The position numbers and the translations under genes were made by a program. From Squalus acanthias (taxonomy: Eukaryota): DNA of 64,000 bases. Below the pieces are notes generated by a model. It was not told the origin of the DNA and did not search any database. It saw only the letters and a program-made list of their open reading frames with translations. The stretch covers positions 75,456,001 through 75,520,000 of the forward strand of contig CM059432.1 in assembly GCA_030390025.1 (NCBI GenBank). Reading direction: 5' to 3'. Positions within the stretch are counted from its first letter, which is position 1. Every line of letters starts with the position of its first letter. Positions 1 through 13,035 of this stretch are shown here, one piece after another.

Positions 1-420
1 ACCTACATAGGCTCCCAGTTAAGCAACGCCTCGATTTTAAAATCTCATCCTTATTTTCCAATCCCTCCATGGCCTCGCCCCTCCCTATCACTGTAATCTC
101 CTTCAGCCCCACAACCCTCCGAGATATCTGCGCTCCTCCAATTCTGGCCTCTTGAGCAACTCCGATATTAATCGCTCCACCATGGTGGCTGTGCCTTCAG
201 CTGCCAAGGCCCTAAACTCTGGAATTCCCTCCCTAAACCTCTCCGCCTCTTTACCTCTCTTTCCTCCTTTACGACAATCCTTAAAACCTACCTCTTTCTG
301 CCCTAATATCTCCTTAAGTGGCTCGGTGTCAAATTTTGTTTGATAATCGCTCCTGTGAAGTGCCTTGGGAGGTTTTACTACGTTAAAGGCGCTTTATAAA
401 TATAAGTTGTTGTTGTTGTT
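1..420 (+). mobile_element. L2 LINE 3' fragment with (TTG)n tail
   Basis: Close match to the L2 3' ends at 4560-5006 and 56510-56935; ends ATAAATATAAG(TTG)n. Confidence 0.85.
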
Positions 421-1676
421 AATGCTATTTTCTTAACCCTTCCCACTCAGTGTGATTTTAGATTTCTCCTGATTCCACAGCGAGTCTCCACTCAGGCGAT
501 ACATTGCCCCTGTACATAATGAACATTAGAAAATTAGTAAAGGGGCCTGCCTGATTAACTTCTATTTAAATGAATGGAGGAAAATCAGGTGGGTTCCTTT
601 ATATGCCTGAGTTCGGACCCGCCCAGTTTTTCAATATTCACTGTATCCCAGGCAAACCCAAAAAGTCTCCCCTACAGTTTTGTCACATTTTGCATATTTT
701 CCAGCATGGTCAGATGTAGCTCCCTCTGAAAGGAAAGTGGTGATCAAAATCAACACGTAACAATTACTCTCATTATAAATAAATAAATTACTATTTATTA
801 ATTTTACCCCATGTTAGTGATCCCAATTTTTTCTTCTCATTTGAAGTAGATTAAGGTGATCATCCTGTTACAAATCTGTTTTTGGCATTTCATGATCCAG
901 GCATGAATTCTTCACATGTTTATATTTTTCTATAATTTTTTGGTGAATCAAGGTGAGGGCGTGCTGGGCAATGGAACACTTTCCAAGCACTTCCAGGCCA
1001 GGTACAGCATGGTTTGATGAGGGAAACGGTTCCTCTGTTCTGCTGTACCTCAACTGCAACGGCACAAGAGCAACCCTCACTGCACCACGGGTGGGGAATT
1101 AACTTGCCGGAGTGGTTTCTCGCCAGAAATCCGCTCCGAGTTAAAATCTCCCCCTCTGTTGCTGCTTTCTGAAATGATTATATTCAATTACCAATAGAAG
1201 TTGTGTTAATTCTAGTTATTGAATTGGCAGGGATTTTGATAATTCTTTTTGCTCATGAAGATGAGAGATCAATGCTGGTGAGTGCATCCAGTATCACCAT
1301 CAGCCACTGTCTGGTCAGGTTCGTATAGGTTAGGTACCTACACCAAGAATAACATAAAAATTCCATGAGGATATTTAGGAAAATAAAATATTTACAAATC
1401 TGATATTTTCTGTGGAAGATGTATTCTTTCCTAATTGTCTCTTCCAGATTTCCTCCAGAAAAGACACATTTAATAAAACAAGATGCAAAATTAAATGATC
1501 CCATTTTTTGATTGCCTGCTCACAAAAAGAAACAGGAAAGGAAGCAAACCATGACATTGTTGTACTCTTCAAAAAGCTAGCTCTGCTTGGAACTTCAGAT
1601 ACCAGTAGCTTCTCTTTGTTAAAGATAAAATCTAATAATACATGACCTTTTAGTAGATTCCCAAGTAGAATTAAAA

Positions 1677-1999
1677 TGGGCCAAAATTTGCAGTCGGAGG
1701 TGTAACTCTGGAGGAACGCCTCCGACCCAAAAAAATCCATAAATACCTGCTGGCTCCCGGGCTTCGGGTCCTGGGCCTGCAGGCGTACGCCTGCATAAAG
1801 GCCGGCAGATCCCAGGGATACAGGTGGGCCAGGCCAACCAATTAATGCTTTACCAGGCGTAAGGGTTTCATGGACATTTGCTGGGCAGCAATAGCCCAAC
1901 TCTGCGCCAGCGAAAGTGTTTTTGGGGTGCATGCGGACAATCTCAGCGCCTGCGGAAACCTGGAATTTGCGGGGCTATTCTGAGCGCAAAATCCAGGCC
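1677..1999. mobile_element. Harbinger-like MITE (degenerate)
   Basis: GC/CpG-rich island bounded by imperfect TIRs GGGCCAAAATTTGC ... GCAAAATCCAGGCC. Confidence 0.5.
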
Positions 2000-3567
2000 A
2001 ATGTAACTGCATCCTCAGTAGAACACCTGCTCTGTGCCAGGCCTACATTCTCCATAAAATGTTCCTGTGGTGTCTGAATTTCTGCTTCTGCCACTGTAAC
2101 TTTGCCGGATGTGCGACGGAAACCCCGTATACGGCAAAGTTACCGCGGTAGAGTAGGAGCAGCTTCAAGGAGATTCCTGGCCTATATGGTATGTGAAGGG
2201 GTGTGTTGTTTGTAACTGTTTCCATGACAAGACATCTGGAAAGCGTTGAGGTGCTACTTGGTTCAATATGGGGAATATTTATATGCCATTTTAAAGCAGA
2301 TGGTCCCTTTTTCTCCTCTGGTGTTTGGCGATCTAAAATGATATGTTATTATGTATTTGCAGTCTCTTTTCCATCTCAGAAGTAACGAATAAAGGAGTAG
2401 ATGCCAGAGGAAAGCTAAGCATACATGACCTTCTGTCCAAGCCCCTCAATTGCATCAGTAAAGAGAATTACTCTCAGCACATATTTCAAATGAATAAATG
2501 GGTATTTTGTTTGACCAAAATAAAATTTTCCTTTGTGTAAAGCTACAGCTGCAGACCTTTTACACATTCTGTCTATATGCTAAAGAGCAACTTAGCAGCT
2601 GAGTCTTTGCGATTGCTTTGGAAAAATGAGGATAGAACTGTGTTCCCACTGGTAGCAGGCTAATATTTAGTATGTTAAGGTAGTTACAACAATATAAAGT
2701 TGGAATTTCCACTGGGAGCCCTGAATCTCAAGTAAGGCTTCCTCATAAGGTAATCTTGACGAGGCCATCTGAGGAAGGACATGAATTTTCCACAAGCTTC
2801 TCATATAATTCAAATACCCTGCGACAAACATGAAATATTTTGTCCATGGTTTCATATTTTTTACTGACTGTGTTTCTTAATTCAAAACAAACTTTTAAAA
2901 TGCCACACCCAAGATGGAGGTTAATCTTTCATTTAAAAGCCAACATACTGCCTAGAGAGATTAAAGGGTCCCCTCAGGGTCTGAGGCATAATGGGAGGGT
3001 GGGGGTAGATCCAGCTCAATGGTGACAGAAAATCAGGAGGGACCCAGAAATGCTGCATTTTCTCCCAGTGAAGGAGTAAGGACGAATTTATGTTGGACCT
3101 TGGAGCAAGTAGAGCTTTTATTCACCCCAAACATGGCCCATGACATCACAGGAGGTGAGGCCAGGTGGAAAGGCTTTCTGCCGCTGGAATTGCTGTGGCT
3201 CCCACCTTCTATCCACACAGAGATCTGGATCCAGGGAAGAAACTGGTGTTCAAGTCATTTTAGGCGCCCACATGTGTGTCCTGGCCTGGGTCCAGAAGAA
3301 TGTCAGCACACTTAGATAAAGTAACTCCTTTATAAAGGAGGTCAATTGCCAGTTGTTTTAAAAAAAAACTTGGCATGGTTGGCCTCAAGAGCAATTTGCC
3401 AGTTCTGCTTTTCTTCCCCCAACCCATCAGCAGGCACCCAAGATGCACCTATGCTGCATGAGTGCCGGCTGGCATTATTGTAGTTTGTTGCCCTCTGGTT
3501 GTGGATCTCCCTCAGATGAGTATCCCAGCCATGTAATCTCATGCTGTGTACACACAAGTAAGAACAT

Positions 3568-3920
3568 AAGAACATAAGAATTAGGAGCAGGAGTAGGCCA
3601 TACGGCCCCTCGAGCCTGCTCCACCATTCAATAAGATCATGGCTGATCTTCGACCTCAACTCCACTTTCCCGCCCGATCTCCATTGATTCCAAATATCTA
3701 TCTATCTCGGCCTTGAACATACTCGACAATTCAGCATCCACAGCCCTTTGGGTAGAGAATTCCAAAGATACACAACCCTCTGAGTGAGTAAATTCCTCCT
3801 CATCTCAGTCTTAAATGGCCGACCCCTAATCCTGAGACTATGCCCCCTAGTCTAGACTCTCCAGACAGGGGAAACAACCTCTCAGCATCTGTCAATCCCT
3901 GCCATTCACACTCAGAACTT
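3568..3920 (-). mobile_element. CR1 LINE 3' end, first piece of a split element
   Basis: (AAGAACAT)n = reverse complement of the CR1 (ATGTTCTT)n tail; 3' UTR matches 10254-10440; continues at 5007. Confidence 0.85.
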
Positions 3921-3923
3921 TAT

Positions 3924-4260
3924 GGGGGAGAAATTCGGTTACGCTTCTTTTGGGGATGGCAACCGAATTAGCGGCCAGCCATTTAGCGCCTGCCGTGTGA
4001 GTACCGCCCGGCCGCTAAATTGGGCTTACCGCCCCGGCAAGGATGCGGAGCGCTATCTCGGGCGCTCCACTTCCGCTCGGGGCGGTGTCTGGGATGCAAA
4101 GCGCGGTAGCGCCTGATCACTATGCGGCTGCTCCGCGTAGCGCTGATGCGTTTCATTGCCCCTCCCCTCCGTTAAAGGGGAGGGATGCTGCGCACTCTGC
4201 AGGCTCTTTGACGGCCTCCACTAGTCCACCAGGGCGGCGTGGTGCTGTGGCCGCAGCCCG
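3924..4260. mobile_element. Harbinger-like non-autonomous element, one end only
   Basis: Begins GGGGGAGAAATTC like the TIR of the 16450/28727/48528 family; CpG-rich; truncated by L2. Confidence 0.65.
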
Positions 4261-5006
4261 GGACCTTTGCAACCTTGGTGTCATATTTGACCCTGAAATG
4301 AGCTTCCGACCACATATCCGCAGCATAACAAAGACTTCCTACTTCCACCTCCGTAACATCGCCCGTCTCCACCCTTGCCTCAGCTCATCCGCTGCTGAAA
4401 CCCTCATCCATGCCTTTTGTTACCTCCAGACGTGACTATTCCAATGCACTCCTGGCTGGCCTCCCACATTCCACCCTACGTAAACTTGAGGTCACCCAAA
4501 ACTCGGCTGCCCGTGTCCTAACTTGCACCAAGTCCCGTTCACCCATCACCCCTGTGCTCGCTGACCGACATTGGCTCCCGGTTAAGCAGCGCCTCGATTT
4601 CAAAATTCTCATCCTTGTTTTCAAATCCCTCCATGGCCTCGCCCCTTCCTATCTCTGTAATCTCCTCCAGCCCCATAACCCCCTGAGATATCTACGCTCT
4701 TCTAATTCTGCCCTCTTGAGCATCCCTGATTATAATCGCTCAACCTTTGGTGGCCGTGCCTTCTGTTGCCTAGGCCCTAAGCTCTGGAATTCCCTGCCTA
4801 AACCTGTCCGCCTCGCTACCTCTCTTTCCTCCTTTAAGATGCTCCTTAAAACCTACCTCTTTGACCAAGCTTTTGGTCACCTGCCCTAATTTATCCTTAT
4901 GTGGCTCGGTGTCAAATTTTTTGTCTTAAAATACTCCTGTGAAGTGCCTTGGGACGTTTTACTATGTTAAAAGCGCTATATAAATACAAGTTGTTGTTGT
5001 TGTTGT
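4261..5006 (+). mobile_element. L2 LINE 3' fragment (ORF2 C-terminus, frameshifted) with (TTG)n tail
   Basis: ORFs 4043-4435/4410-4889: NLGVIFDPEMSF, FHLRNIAR, DYSNALLAGLP, HWLPVKQRLDFKIL, GPKLWNSLP. Confidence 0.93.
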
Positions 5007-6090
5007 TCATCCCAGGAATCAATCTAGTGAACCTTCTTTGCACCGCCTCTAAGGCAAGTAGATCCTTCCTCAGATAAGGAGATCAAAACTGTACACAGTA
5101 CTCCAGGTGTGGTCCCACCAAAGCCCTGTACAATTGTAGCAAGACTTCCTTACTCTTGTACTCCACTCCCCTCGAAATAAAGGCCAACATGACATTTGCC
5201 TTCCTAATTGCTTGCTGTACCTGTATGCTAACTCTCTGGGCTGGATTTTCAATGACCCGTGGAGTCAGGTTTGGAGGCGTGTGGGGGGTTAAAGTTGCAG
5301 ATTCGGGGGTCCCGACCCCATCCCGACTCCATTCCACCTCCACGCAATTTTGACAAAATCGGTCGCGGGGTTCCCGACTCCGTCCCGCCTCCAAGAGGCG
5401 GGAGAGGCCATTAAAGCCCTTAACAAGCCCTAAATTGGCTCTGTAATGCCATTTTGAAACGTTTTAGCTAGTTTAACCCTTTTCCGACGTGAAGTACGCC
5501 TGATGTGAAACACGCCAGTGAAACCTGGCGGGAGCACAAGTGGATAGCTGACTATCAGCTGCAGGTCCACTATTACAACGGAGATGTGATGAAGGTAGTA
5601 GTAGTATTGTGATGAAGGTAGTAGTAGTATTAGGTCTGAAAGTCGCCTCTGATGCTGCTGCATTGAATGTCTTCAGAGACTGCCTGGGAGGACTTGGTCT
5701 CTCTCTCGGGGTCTCTCTCGGTCTCTCTCTCTCTCTCTCTGAGATGCTGCTCATTTTGCATCCAGGTCCTCTCACAGCAAAGGCCAGGCAATCTCTGAGA
5801 CCAGGCAGTCAGTCTCTGACCTGCAATGATGACATCATCAGAGGCGACTTTCAGACTGAAACCACTAATTGGTTCATGGGTTCCCACATGCTGGAACTCA
5901 ATTGCCCAATTAAGTGAAAATTGCATCATTCATCCACATTAATCTGGAGTCGGGGGGGCAACACGAAATGCGGGTAACACGACCCCAACCCGACCCCAAG
6001 ACAAAATCCAGCCCTCTGTGTTTCATTTACGAGGATATCTAATGTCTCTGAGAAACCAACATTTAATAGTTTCTCACCATTTAAAAAATA
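5007..6090 (-). mobile_element. CR1 LINE ORF2 fragment, interrupted by the 5238-6014 element
   Basis: QVQQAIRKAN..LAFISRGVEYKSKEVLLQLYRALVGPHLEYCVQF; CR1 sequence resumes at 6015. Confidence 0.85.
5238..6014. mobile_element. Harbinger-type MITE, 777 bp
   Basis: Perfect TIR GGGCTGGATTTT/AAAATCCAGCCC; 3-bp TSD TCT (5235-5237, 6015-6017); removal restores CR1. Confidence 0.9.
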
Positions 6091-6092
6091 TT

Positions 6093-7770
6093 GGGGGGAA
6101 AATTGGTGATTGCAAACTGCTGTTAACAGCCGCCCAAAATGGCTGCAGTGCTAACCGACCTAAATTGGTGTGGGGGGCATGGAGGTAGGTGGCACAGCGC
6201 TAACCTTAGGTCCAACGCCGTCCTGGTGGCATTGCACGAGGGATCCGGGACCAATTTGTAGTCCTGGTGCAACATTGCTACTTCGCCTAGAGTCTGTGTG
6301 CGAGGCTGTGAAGCTCGTAATGCATTGTGGGCAGTGAGGAGCTCTAAAATTTAAAGGGGCCATGCACATTGAAGCAAGACAAAATAAAATGCACTGATTC
6401 AATACATTTTTCAGCCCTTTCTGTCTTTTTACAAATAATCAATATTTAAAAGAAGTTCCAAATGTGATTATTCAGCTCTTAAAGCTGAATTACCTTCCTA
6501 AACAGAACAAATGGGAAAACTGCCTCAGCACTAACACAAATGACTCAGCAAGCCAGGGAAGGGGCACCCAGGGTCTCGCACGCAACACTCCAGCTTTGTG
6601 CAGGGGTCATCACTACAAGAGAGGTCCTCTACCCACAGGGGCCAGGAGGCCCTCCAGAAAGAACAATGTGGGAGTACATTACCAAGGCCATCACTGCCAG
6701 CAGTGTCGCCCCTACCACCTGGTTCCAGTGCCCAAAGAAGCTTCATGATCTCAGACCACTGGTCAAGGTCAGTGAATGCATCTTCAAAAGCCGTCACCTA
6801 CCAACTGCACCACTAGCCTCAAACACTGCTCAGTGCACAACCCCCAATCACTCACTTACCAACAATCTGCATCACTGACGAGGCACATTTACCATTCCTA
6901 GCATCACCTCACCCCCTTGGAGGAGATGGTGCAGGCCATTCTTGGCAGGGGCATTGCTGAGCCCTTGGCCAGCGGCGGGGCTGAAAGGATATAAGATGCG
7001 GGTATCCTCGTACGTTATCCTCTTTCTGACATACACCTCTAGGTTTCCCGCCCGCCTGTCAGCACAACTCCACCCTTGTGTCTTCCTCATTTCACACACA
7101 CAAGAAATGCAGCTTGCCCAGCCAGTGGGTCAACAAGAAGAGGCACCCTGCCGAGCCAGTGGGACCACAGGCGGATGATTCCATCGTGGATATCCCGGCC
7201 ACAAAGGGGCTGTCTGGGATGCATCCTTCCATCTGATTCCTCCTCTTCGGCTTCCTCCTCTTCTATGTCATCTTCTTCTGTGTCTTCCTCTTCCCTCTGC
7301 AAGCGAATGCTGTAAATGTGAAATGACAGCATAAGATGCTGCAAATACTCAGTTGGTCAAGCAGCATGTCGACCTGAGACGTGAACTCCACGGGTGTTGC
7401 GTGACCTGCTGAGCATTCGCAGCATGTTCTGTCTTCTCAAAGGCGTTCACTTACCATCCGAGCCCTTGCAAGCATCCAGCAGCACTCCCAAAACACTTTA
7501 AAAACTTTTCACATATATTGCAGCAAGCCACCACCTCAATAAAATCCAAAAACCCAAGGCCAAACCCTTCCATTCAAACTTACCTGATTGATGTGTGTGT
7601 CCCTTTAACAGCTGCAGATATTGCCCCTGTCAACCACTGTCAGCCTGCTTGCACGGCAGGTTAACCTGGCGTGCTTAGGACCAGCGCTAAATCAAGCGCT
7701 AGGATCGAAGTTCGCGTCGGTGATGTTAAGTCGGCGTCGCACACTGAACCTGTCCTTTGTTGACATCCTT
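6093..7770. mobile_element. Deleted PIF/Harbinger transposon with Myb/SANT exon (+) and probable transposase C-terminal remnant (-)
   Basis: TIR-like GGGGGGAAAATTG at 6093; Myb-like exon 6540-6767; LTPLEEMVQAILG segment near 6910-6950; minus-strand acidic tail LQREEEDTEEDD...RDIHDGIIRL at about 7160-7290. Confidence 0.7.
6540..6767 (+). pseudogene. Harbinger Myb/SANT-like DNA-binding protein exon (degenerate)
   Basis: REVLYP..MWEYITKAITASS..TTWFQCPKKLHDL..K followed by donor AAG|GTCAGT; homologous to exon 18694-18929. Confidence 0.7.
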
Positions 7771-8079
7771 TCATACTTCCCAGCAGGAGCTAGTGGATAG
7801 AAATCAGGAAGAGGAACACTGGCTGATTTTACCCCTCTCTAGTCCAGGAGTCCTGAGACTAGTTATGACATTGCTTCACTTTCTGAGATAAGCCAATTCA
7901 GCAGAGTGTGGATTGAACTGGGACCTTCTTATCTGTATGATTCACTACTTGCAAGGCAGTAATATATTGCGTGGTTGAGTTGACATTATATATCACTCAA
8001 GCATCGCTCTTGCAGTTTATTAATATCATCTTAACCCCTTCAATGTCTTGCTACCTTGTAACGGATTGCAGTCTGTGTA

Positions 8080-8504
8080 CAGGAAACTTTCGTTTATCCG
8101 GCATCGACGGGACCGGCGTGGTGCCGGTTTATCAAAAGTACCGGATAACGGAGAGTTATATCTACCGAGGCTATTTTTAACAAAGAGACTCCAGGCAGCG
8201 CGGGAGAATCAACTCCTGCTACTGCAGTGTTTCGGACTTCCGACAGCGCCAGGAGGCCGAGTAGTGGCACTTTTGAAAAGTACCCCTACTGACTAAATCG
8301 GCGTTCGTGGACTCAGACTCAGACTCGGGATCGGCAACATTGCCGGTTATTTGAGAGGAGTTTTCGGAGCACTCGGCGTTCGCGGAGACTCGACTGCGAC
8401 TCGGCAACATTGCCGGTTATTTGAGAGGAGTTTTCGGAGGATGATTTTTGCCGGTTAAGCGAGAATTCCGGATATTTGGGTGCCGGATAAACGAAAGTTT
8501 CCTG
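8080..8504 (+). mobile_element. Tc1/mariner (pogo/Tigger-like) MITE, 425 bp
   Basis: 24-bp TIR CAGGAAACTTTCGTTTATCCGGCA; TA TSD at 8078-79 and 8505-06; internal 39-bp direct repeat 8331-8369/8401-8439. Confidence 0.9.
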
Positions 8505-9454
8505 TATTTGGATTGTGCCCTCTAGGTTTTAATGTGAATCATTTCAACATTCATACAAATACAATTCAAATATAATTTGTCTGCTTGAGGGAATTGATGG
8601 ACATGTTAAAGATCAAACTATTGCTACAGTGTTTTGGAAAGATGGTCAGGTCATATTGATTGGTATTAGTTGTCTAATTGATTCAGTGAGGAAAGAAGAC
8701 AAATGTGATGGATAGTGGAGGATTCCCTTATGCAGAATCCTAACACTGCCAGAATTTCTTGATGATACAGATTAGATTTGTATTGAGTTATCTGATTGAT
8801 CTTTGTAACTGGACTGCAGAAGATCTCGATAAGGTTTCAACTCCCAGATTCCAAAGTTAAGTCTGGTCACAAGCAGCTATTAGGGATTTTGAAGATAACA
8901 ACTGATCAAAATTGGTCTGACAAAAAAAAGCCATAGTTCACTGTGCGAAAGATCTTCAGAAAAAGGGGAACTGGCTGAGAGGTCACAGCCTTTTCGACTT
9001 GACAGACTCTGAAGAACAGACCAGTAGTTAGTTCCCTTGTTTATATATTGTCAGTCATGGATAAATATCAACACAGATTGAGTGATGAGGCAGGTTTCAC
9101 TGGCCAGATGTTTTCAGAGAATCTGCTGTATTCTGGCAGACCATCATGTGCTCTTAAGTCTGCAGCAATTACAGCACACACCAGTAAATTGGCACATTCT
9201 TAATGGAATGCTCATTTGAAGGAAATATTTATTGAGGCACCACTATTCATCCTATCGCTGCATAGTTCCCTGTACGGTAAGCTCCTGATTTCAGCTGGGC
9301 TGCTTTAAAGAGGCTCTGAGCATAGGCACAGGTAAGGTGCATTCACACTGGGAAGGAAGGAAAATTGAAGGGCCTATTTAGATATCTGAGCCATGCAAAC
9401 CAAGAAGATCACAGGTTCGATTGCTGCTATGTGCTGAGTTAGATGATCCGTCTT

Positions 9455-9520
9455 TCAGATGAGACGTTAAACCTATCCTGTCATGTGGATGTAAAAGATC
9501 CCATGGCACTATTTTGAAAT
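9455..9520 (+). mobile_element. Deu-domain SINE fragment
   Basis: CAGATGAGACGTTAAACC..GTAAAAGATCCCATGGCACTATTT, as in the 41130-41610 copy. Confidence 0.6.
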
Positions 9521-9524
9521 TTTT

Positions 9525-11750
9525 ACAATTATATTAGGAAAAAGAGGGTGGTCAGGAGTAATGTGGGTCCCTTGATTACTGATAACGGTGATATTGTAAA
9601 TAAACATAAGGAAATGGAGGATAATTACTTTGCATCAGTATTTACAGTAGAGGAAGAGGATAGCATGCCGGACATCCCAAGGAAACTATTATTGAATCAG
9701 GGATGGGGACTCACCAAATGAATGTAAGCAAAATAACAGTAATGAAGAAAATAATGGCACTAAGGAGTGACAAATACCCAGGACCAAATGGTTTCCATCC
9801 CAGGGTTTTAAACCCAAGTACAAGTACACAAAAGCAAGCAAACAGGTACAAAAAGACATCAAAAACCCTAATGAAATGTTGGCCTTTATCTCAAAAGGGC
9901 TGGAATACAAAGGTGAGGAAATGATGTTTCAGTTGTACAGAGCTTTGGTCAGACCCATCTGATGCACTGTGTTCAGTTCTGGACACCGGAGCTCAGGAAG
10001 GATATATTGGTCTTGGAGTGGGTGCAGCACAGATTCACCAGAATTATACCGGGACTTAGAGGGCCAAATTATGAGAACAGGTTGCATAAACTTGGCTTTT
10101 ATTTTGTTAAGTGTAGACGATTGAGGAGTGATCTAATTGAGGTGTATAAAATGTTAAAAGGATTTGATAGGGCAGATACGGGAAAACTATTTCTTCCAGT
10201 GATGGACTCCAGAACAATGGAACATAATCTTAAAATTACAGCCAGGCCATTCATAAGAACATAAGAACGTAAGAAATAGGAGCAGGAGTAGGCCATTTGG
10301 CCCCTTGAGCCTGCTCCGCCATTCAATAAGATCATGGCTGATCTACCTCATCTCAACTTTCCTCAACTATCCCCATATCCCTTGATTCTCTTAATATTCA
10401 AAAATCTATCGATCTCTGTCTTGAATATACTCAACGACTGAGCATAGAATTTTGTATGTTTCAATGAGATCACCTCTCATTCTTCTAAACTCTAGAGAAT
10501 ATAGGCCTAGTCTACTCAATCTGTCCTCATAGGACAATCCCCCCATCCCAAGAACCAGTCTGCTGAACCTTCGTTGCACTCCCTCTATGGCAAGTATATC
10601 CTTCCTTCGGTAAGGAGACCAAAACTGAACACAATACTCCAGGTGTGGTCTCACCAGGGCCCTATATAATTGCAGTAAGACGTCTTTACTCTTATACTCA
10701 AATCCTCTTGTAATAAAGGCCAACATACCATTTGCTTTCCTAATTGCTTGCTGTACCTGCATGTTAACTTTCAGTGATTCGTGTACAAGGACACCCAGGC
10801 CCCTCTGAACACCAACATTTCCCAATCTCTCACAATTTAAAAAATACTCTGCTTTTCTATTTTTCCTATTAAAGTGGATAACTTCACATTTCTCCACATT
10901 ATATTCCATTTGCCATGTTCTTGCCCACTCACTTAGCCTGTCTATATCCCCTTGAAGCCTCCTTGCATCCTCCTCACAACTTACATTCCCACCCAGCTTT
11001 GTATCATCAGCAAACTTGGATATATTACATTGGTCCCCTCATCCAAATCATTGATGCAGATTGTGAATAGCTGAGGCCCAAACACTGATCCTTGCGGTAC
11101 CCCCCTAGTTACAGCCTGCCAACCCAAAAATGACCCGTTTATTCCTACTCTCTGTTTTCTGTCCATTAACCAATCCTCAACCCCCAATCCCATGAGTTCT
11201 AATTTTGTTTAATAACCTCTTGTGTGGCACCTTATCGAACGCCTTCTGAAAATCCAAATACACCACATCCACTGGTTCCCCCTTATCTATTCTGCTAGTT
11301 ACAACCTCAAAAACTCCAACAGATTTGTAAAACACGATTTCCCTTTCATAAATCCATGTTGATCTGCCCAATCCTACTATTATTTTCTAAGTGCCCTGTT
11401 ACACGTCCTTAATAATAGATTTTAGCATTTTCCCTACTACTGATGTCAGGCTAACTGGTCTGTAGTTCCCCGTTTTCTCTCTCCCTCCTTTCTTAAATAG
11501 TGCGGTTACATTCAGGATTGGAATCAGGAAGCACTTTTTCATGTGAAGGGTAGTCGAAATCTGGAATTCTGTCCCCCAAAAATCTGTGGATGTTAGAACA
11601 ATTGGAGCTTGCAAGACTGCAATAAATAGATTTTTGTTAGATAAAGGTATCAAGAGATATGGAGCAATGGCAGATAAATGGAGTTGAGGTGCATATTAGC
11701 CATGATCTAACTGAATGGTGGGGCAGGCTCGAGGTCTTCCTAATGTTCCT
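9525..11750 (+). mobile_element. Old, deleted CR1 LINE split by the 10254-11508 insertion
   Basis: K(Y)PGPNGFHPRVL, HCVQFW..RFTRIIPG, NLKITARPF; resumes at 11509; CATTCA duplicated at 10248-53 and 11509-14. Confidence 0.75.
10254..11508 (-). mobile_element. 5'-truncated CR1 LINE (RT domain to 3' tail)
   Basis: [48 protein letters not shown]; (TAAGAACA)n tail at 10254-10275. Confidence 0.92.
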
Positions 11751-12049
11751 ACAAAATACAGGAATATCCCAAAAAGTTCCTTTGAGAAAAATAAAAAGGT
11801 TTTAAATATTGCACTTTAACAGCCTATTAGTTACATATATACAACTTCTAAACACATCTGTGACTGCAACCCTCAAAATCCATAACTCATGTTAAAACTT
11901 TTCTACCTCAAAGCTGTGCATAACTAACAATGGGAGAAGTAACATTTGATAGTCTCAGATGGTTTTCAGTCCTGCCCTGCATGCAATCTCATTGGTTCTT
12001 ATGGGCGCCAATCTGACATTACTTAGGTGCCAATTAAAACCAACATTTT

Positions 12050-13035
12050 GGGAGAAATTTTAACTCCAAAAACCTGGTGGGTTGGGATCGGGTGGGAGGT
12101 CAAAGAGTTGTAAAATCCCGCCACTTCCGGTTTTAACGGCGATGGGATGGGGTGGGGGGGTGGTGCGGTGGGCAGCCAACCCGCTCCCAGGAGGCAGGTC
12201 ATCCATTTAAATTTTATAATGATGATGGCGTGCCTCATGGTGATCCACTATTTTAAAATTAACTCTGACTGGTCAGGTTTCCCGGGCCTTAGGGAACCCG
12301 CCAGCTAAAGGAAAGTGAGGACTGCTGGATCCAGGAGGTAAGCGCCTTTCTACTTACCTCCTGGATCCAGCGTCCCTGCCTCACCCACCCCCCCCGCGAT
12401 CGGACACACCCCCAGGCTTCCAATCTCCCTCCGATCTCCCAGCCCGAGGCCTCTGATCCACCCCACGAGGCCTCCAATCTCCCCCCGACCTCCCCCACCC
12501 CCCCCACCCCCCGAGGCCCATGACCTGCTCCCTCCGGCCCCCAATCACCTTCCCGGCCTCCCCCCTCCACCCGATGCTCCTCCGTCCTCCTCCCCTCTAG
12601 CTCCAATGCTCCTCCAGCCCCCAACCCCCACTCCCTTATGCTCTTCCAGCCTCCCCCCTCCAGTCCTGATCGTTACTCTGGCTCCCGACACCCCCCCAAC
12701 CGATGCTCCTCCAGCCCCGATCCTCTGGCCCCGATCGTCCTCCGGCCCCTGACCACCCCCCGATCCTCCGCTGGCCCCGATTCACCCTCTCTCCCCGCTG
12801 ATCATCCTCCGGCCCCGATTCACCTACCAATCCTCTTCCGGCCTCGACCACCTCCCCCGATCATCCTCTGACCCCGATTCGTCCCCCCCTGATCCCTCCC
12901 TCCTCTCTGTGGCCTAGTGCTGCAGGCCTACTCACCCGCAGCCAGCCAGCCTCTCCATCTGGCTGGCTGCGGGCGGGAAACACATTCTCCCGGGTTTTCC
13001 GACGGCTTTTCTAGCCCCCCTGCTCCCGACCCGTC
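12050..13035. mobile_element. Harbinger-like non-autonomous element with C-rich low-complexity core
   Basis: GGGAGAAATTTTAAC ... GATTAAAATTCCGGCC termini; shared subterminal motif CCAACCCGCTCCCAGGAGGCAGG. Confidence 0.65.

Noticed and set aside
868..1932. Minus-strand ORFs as possible host exons
   Set aside because: Cross a MITE boundary; no recognisable protein or splice pattern
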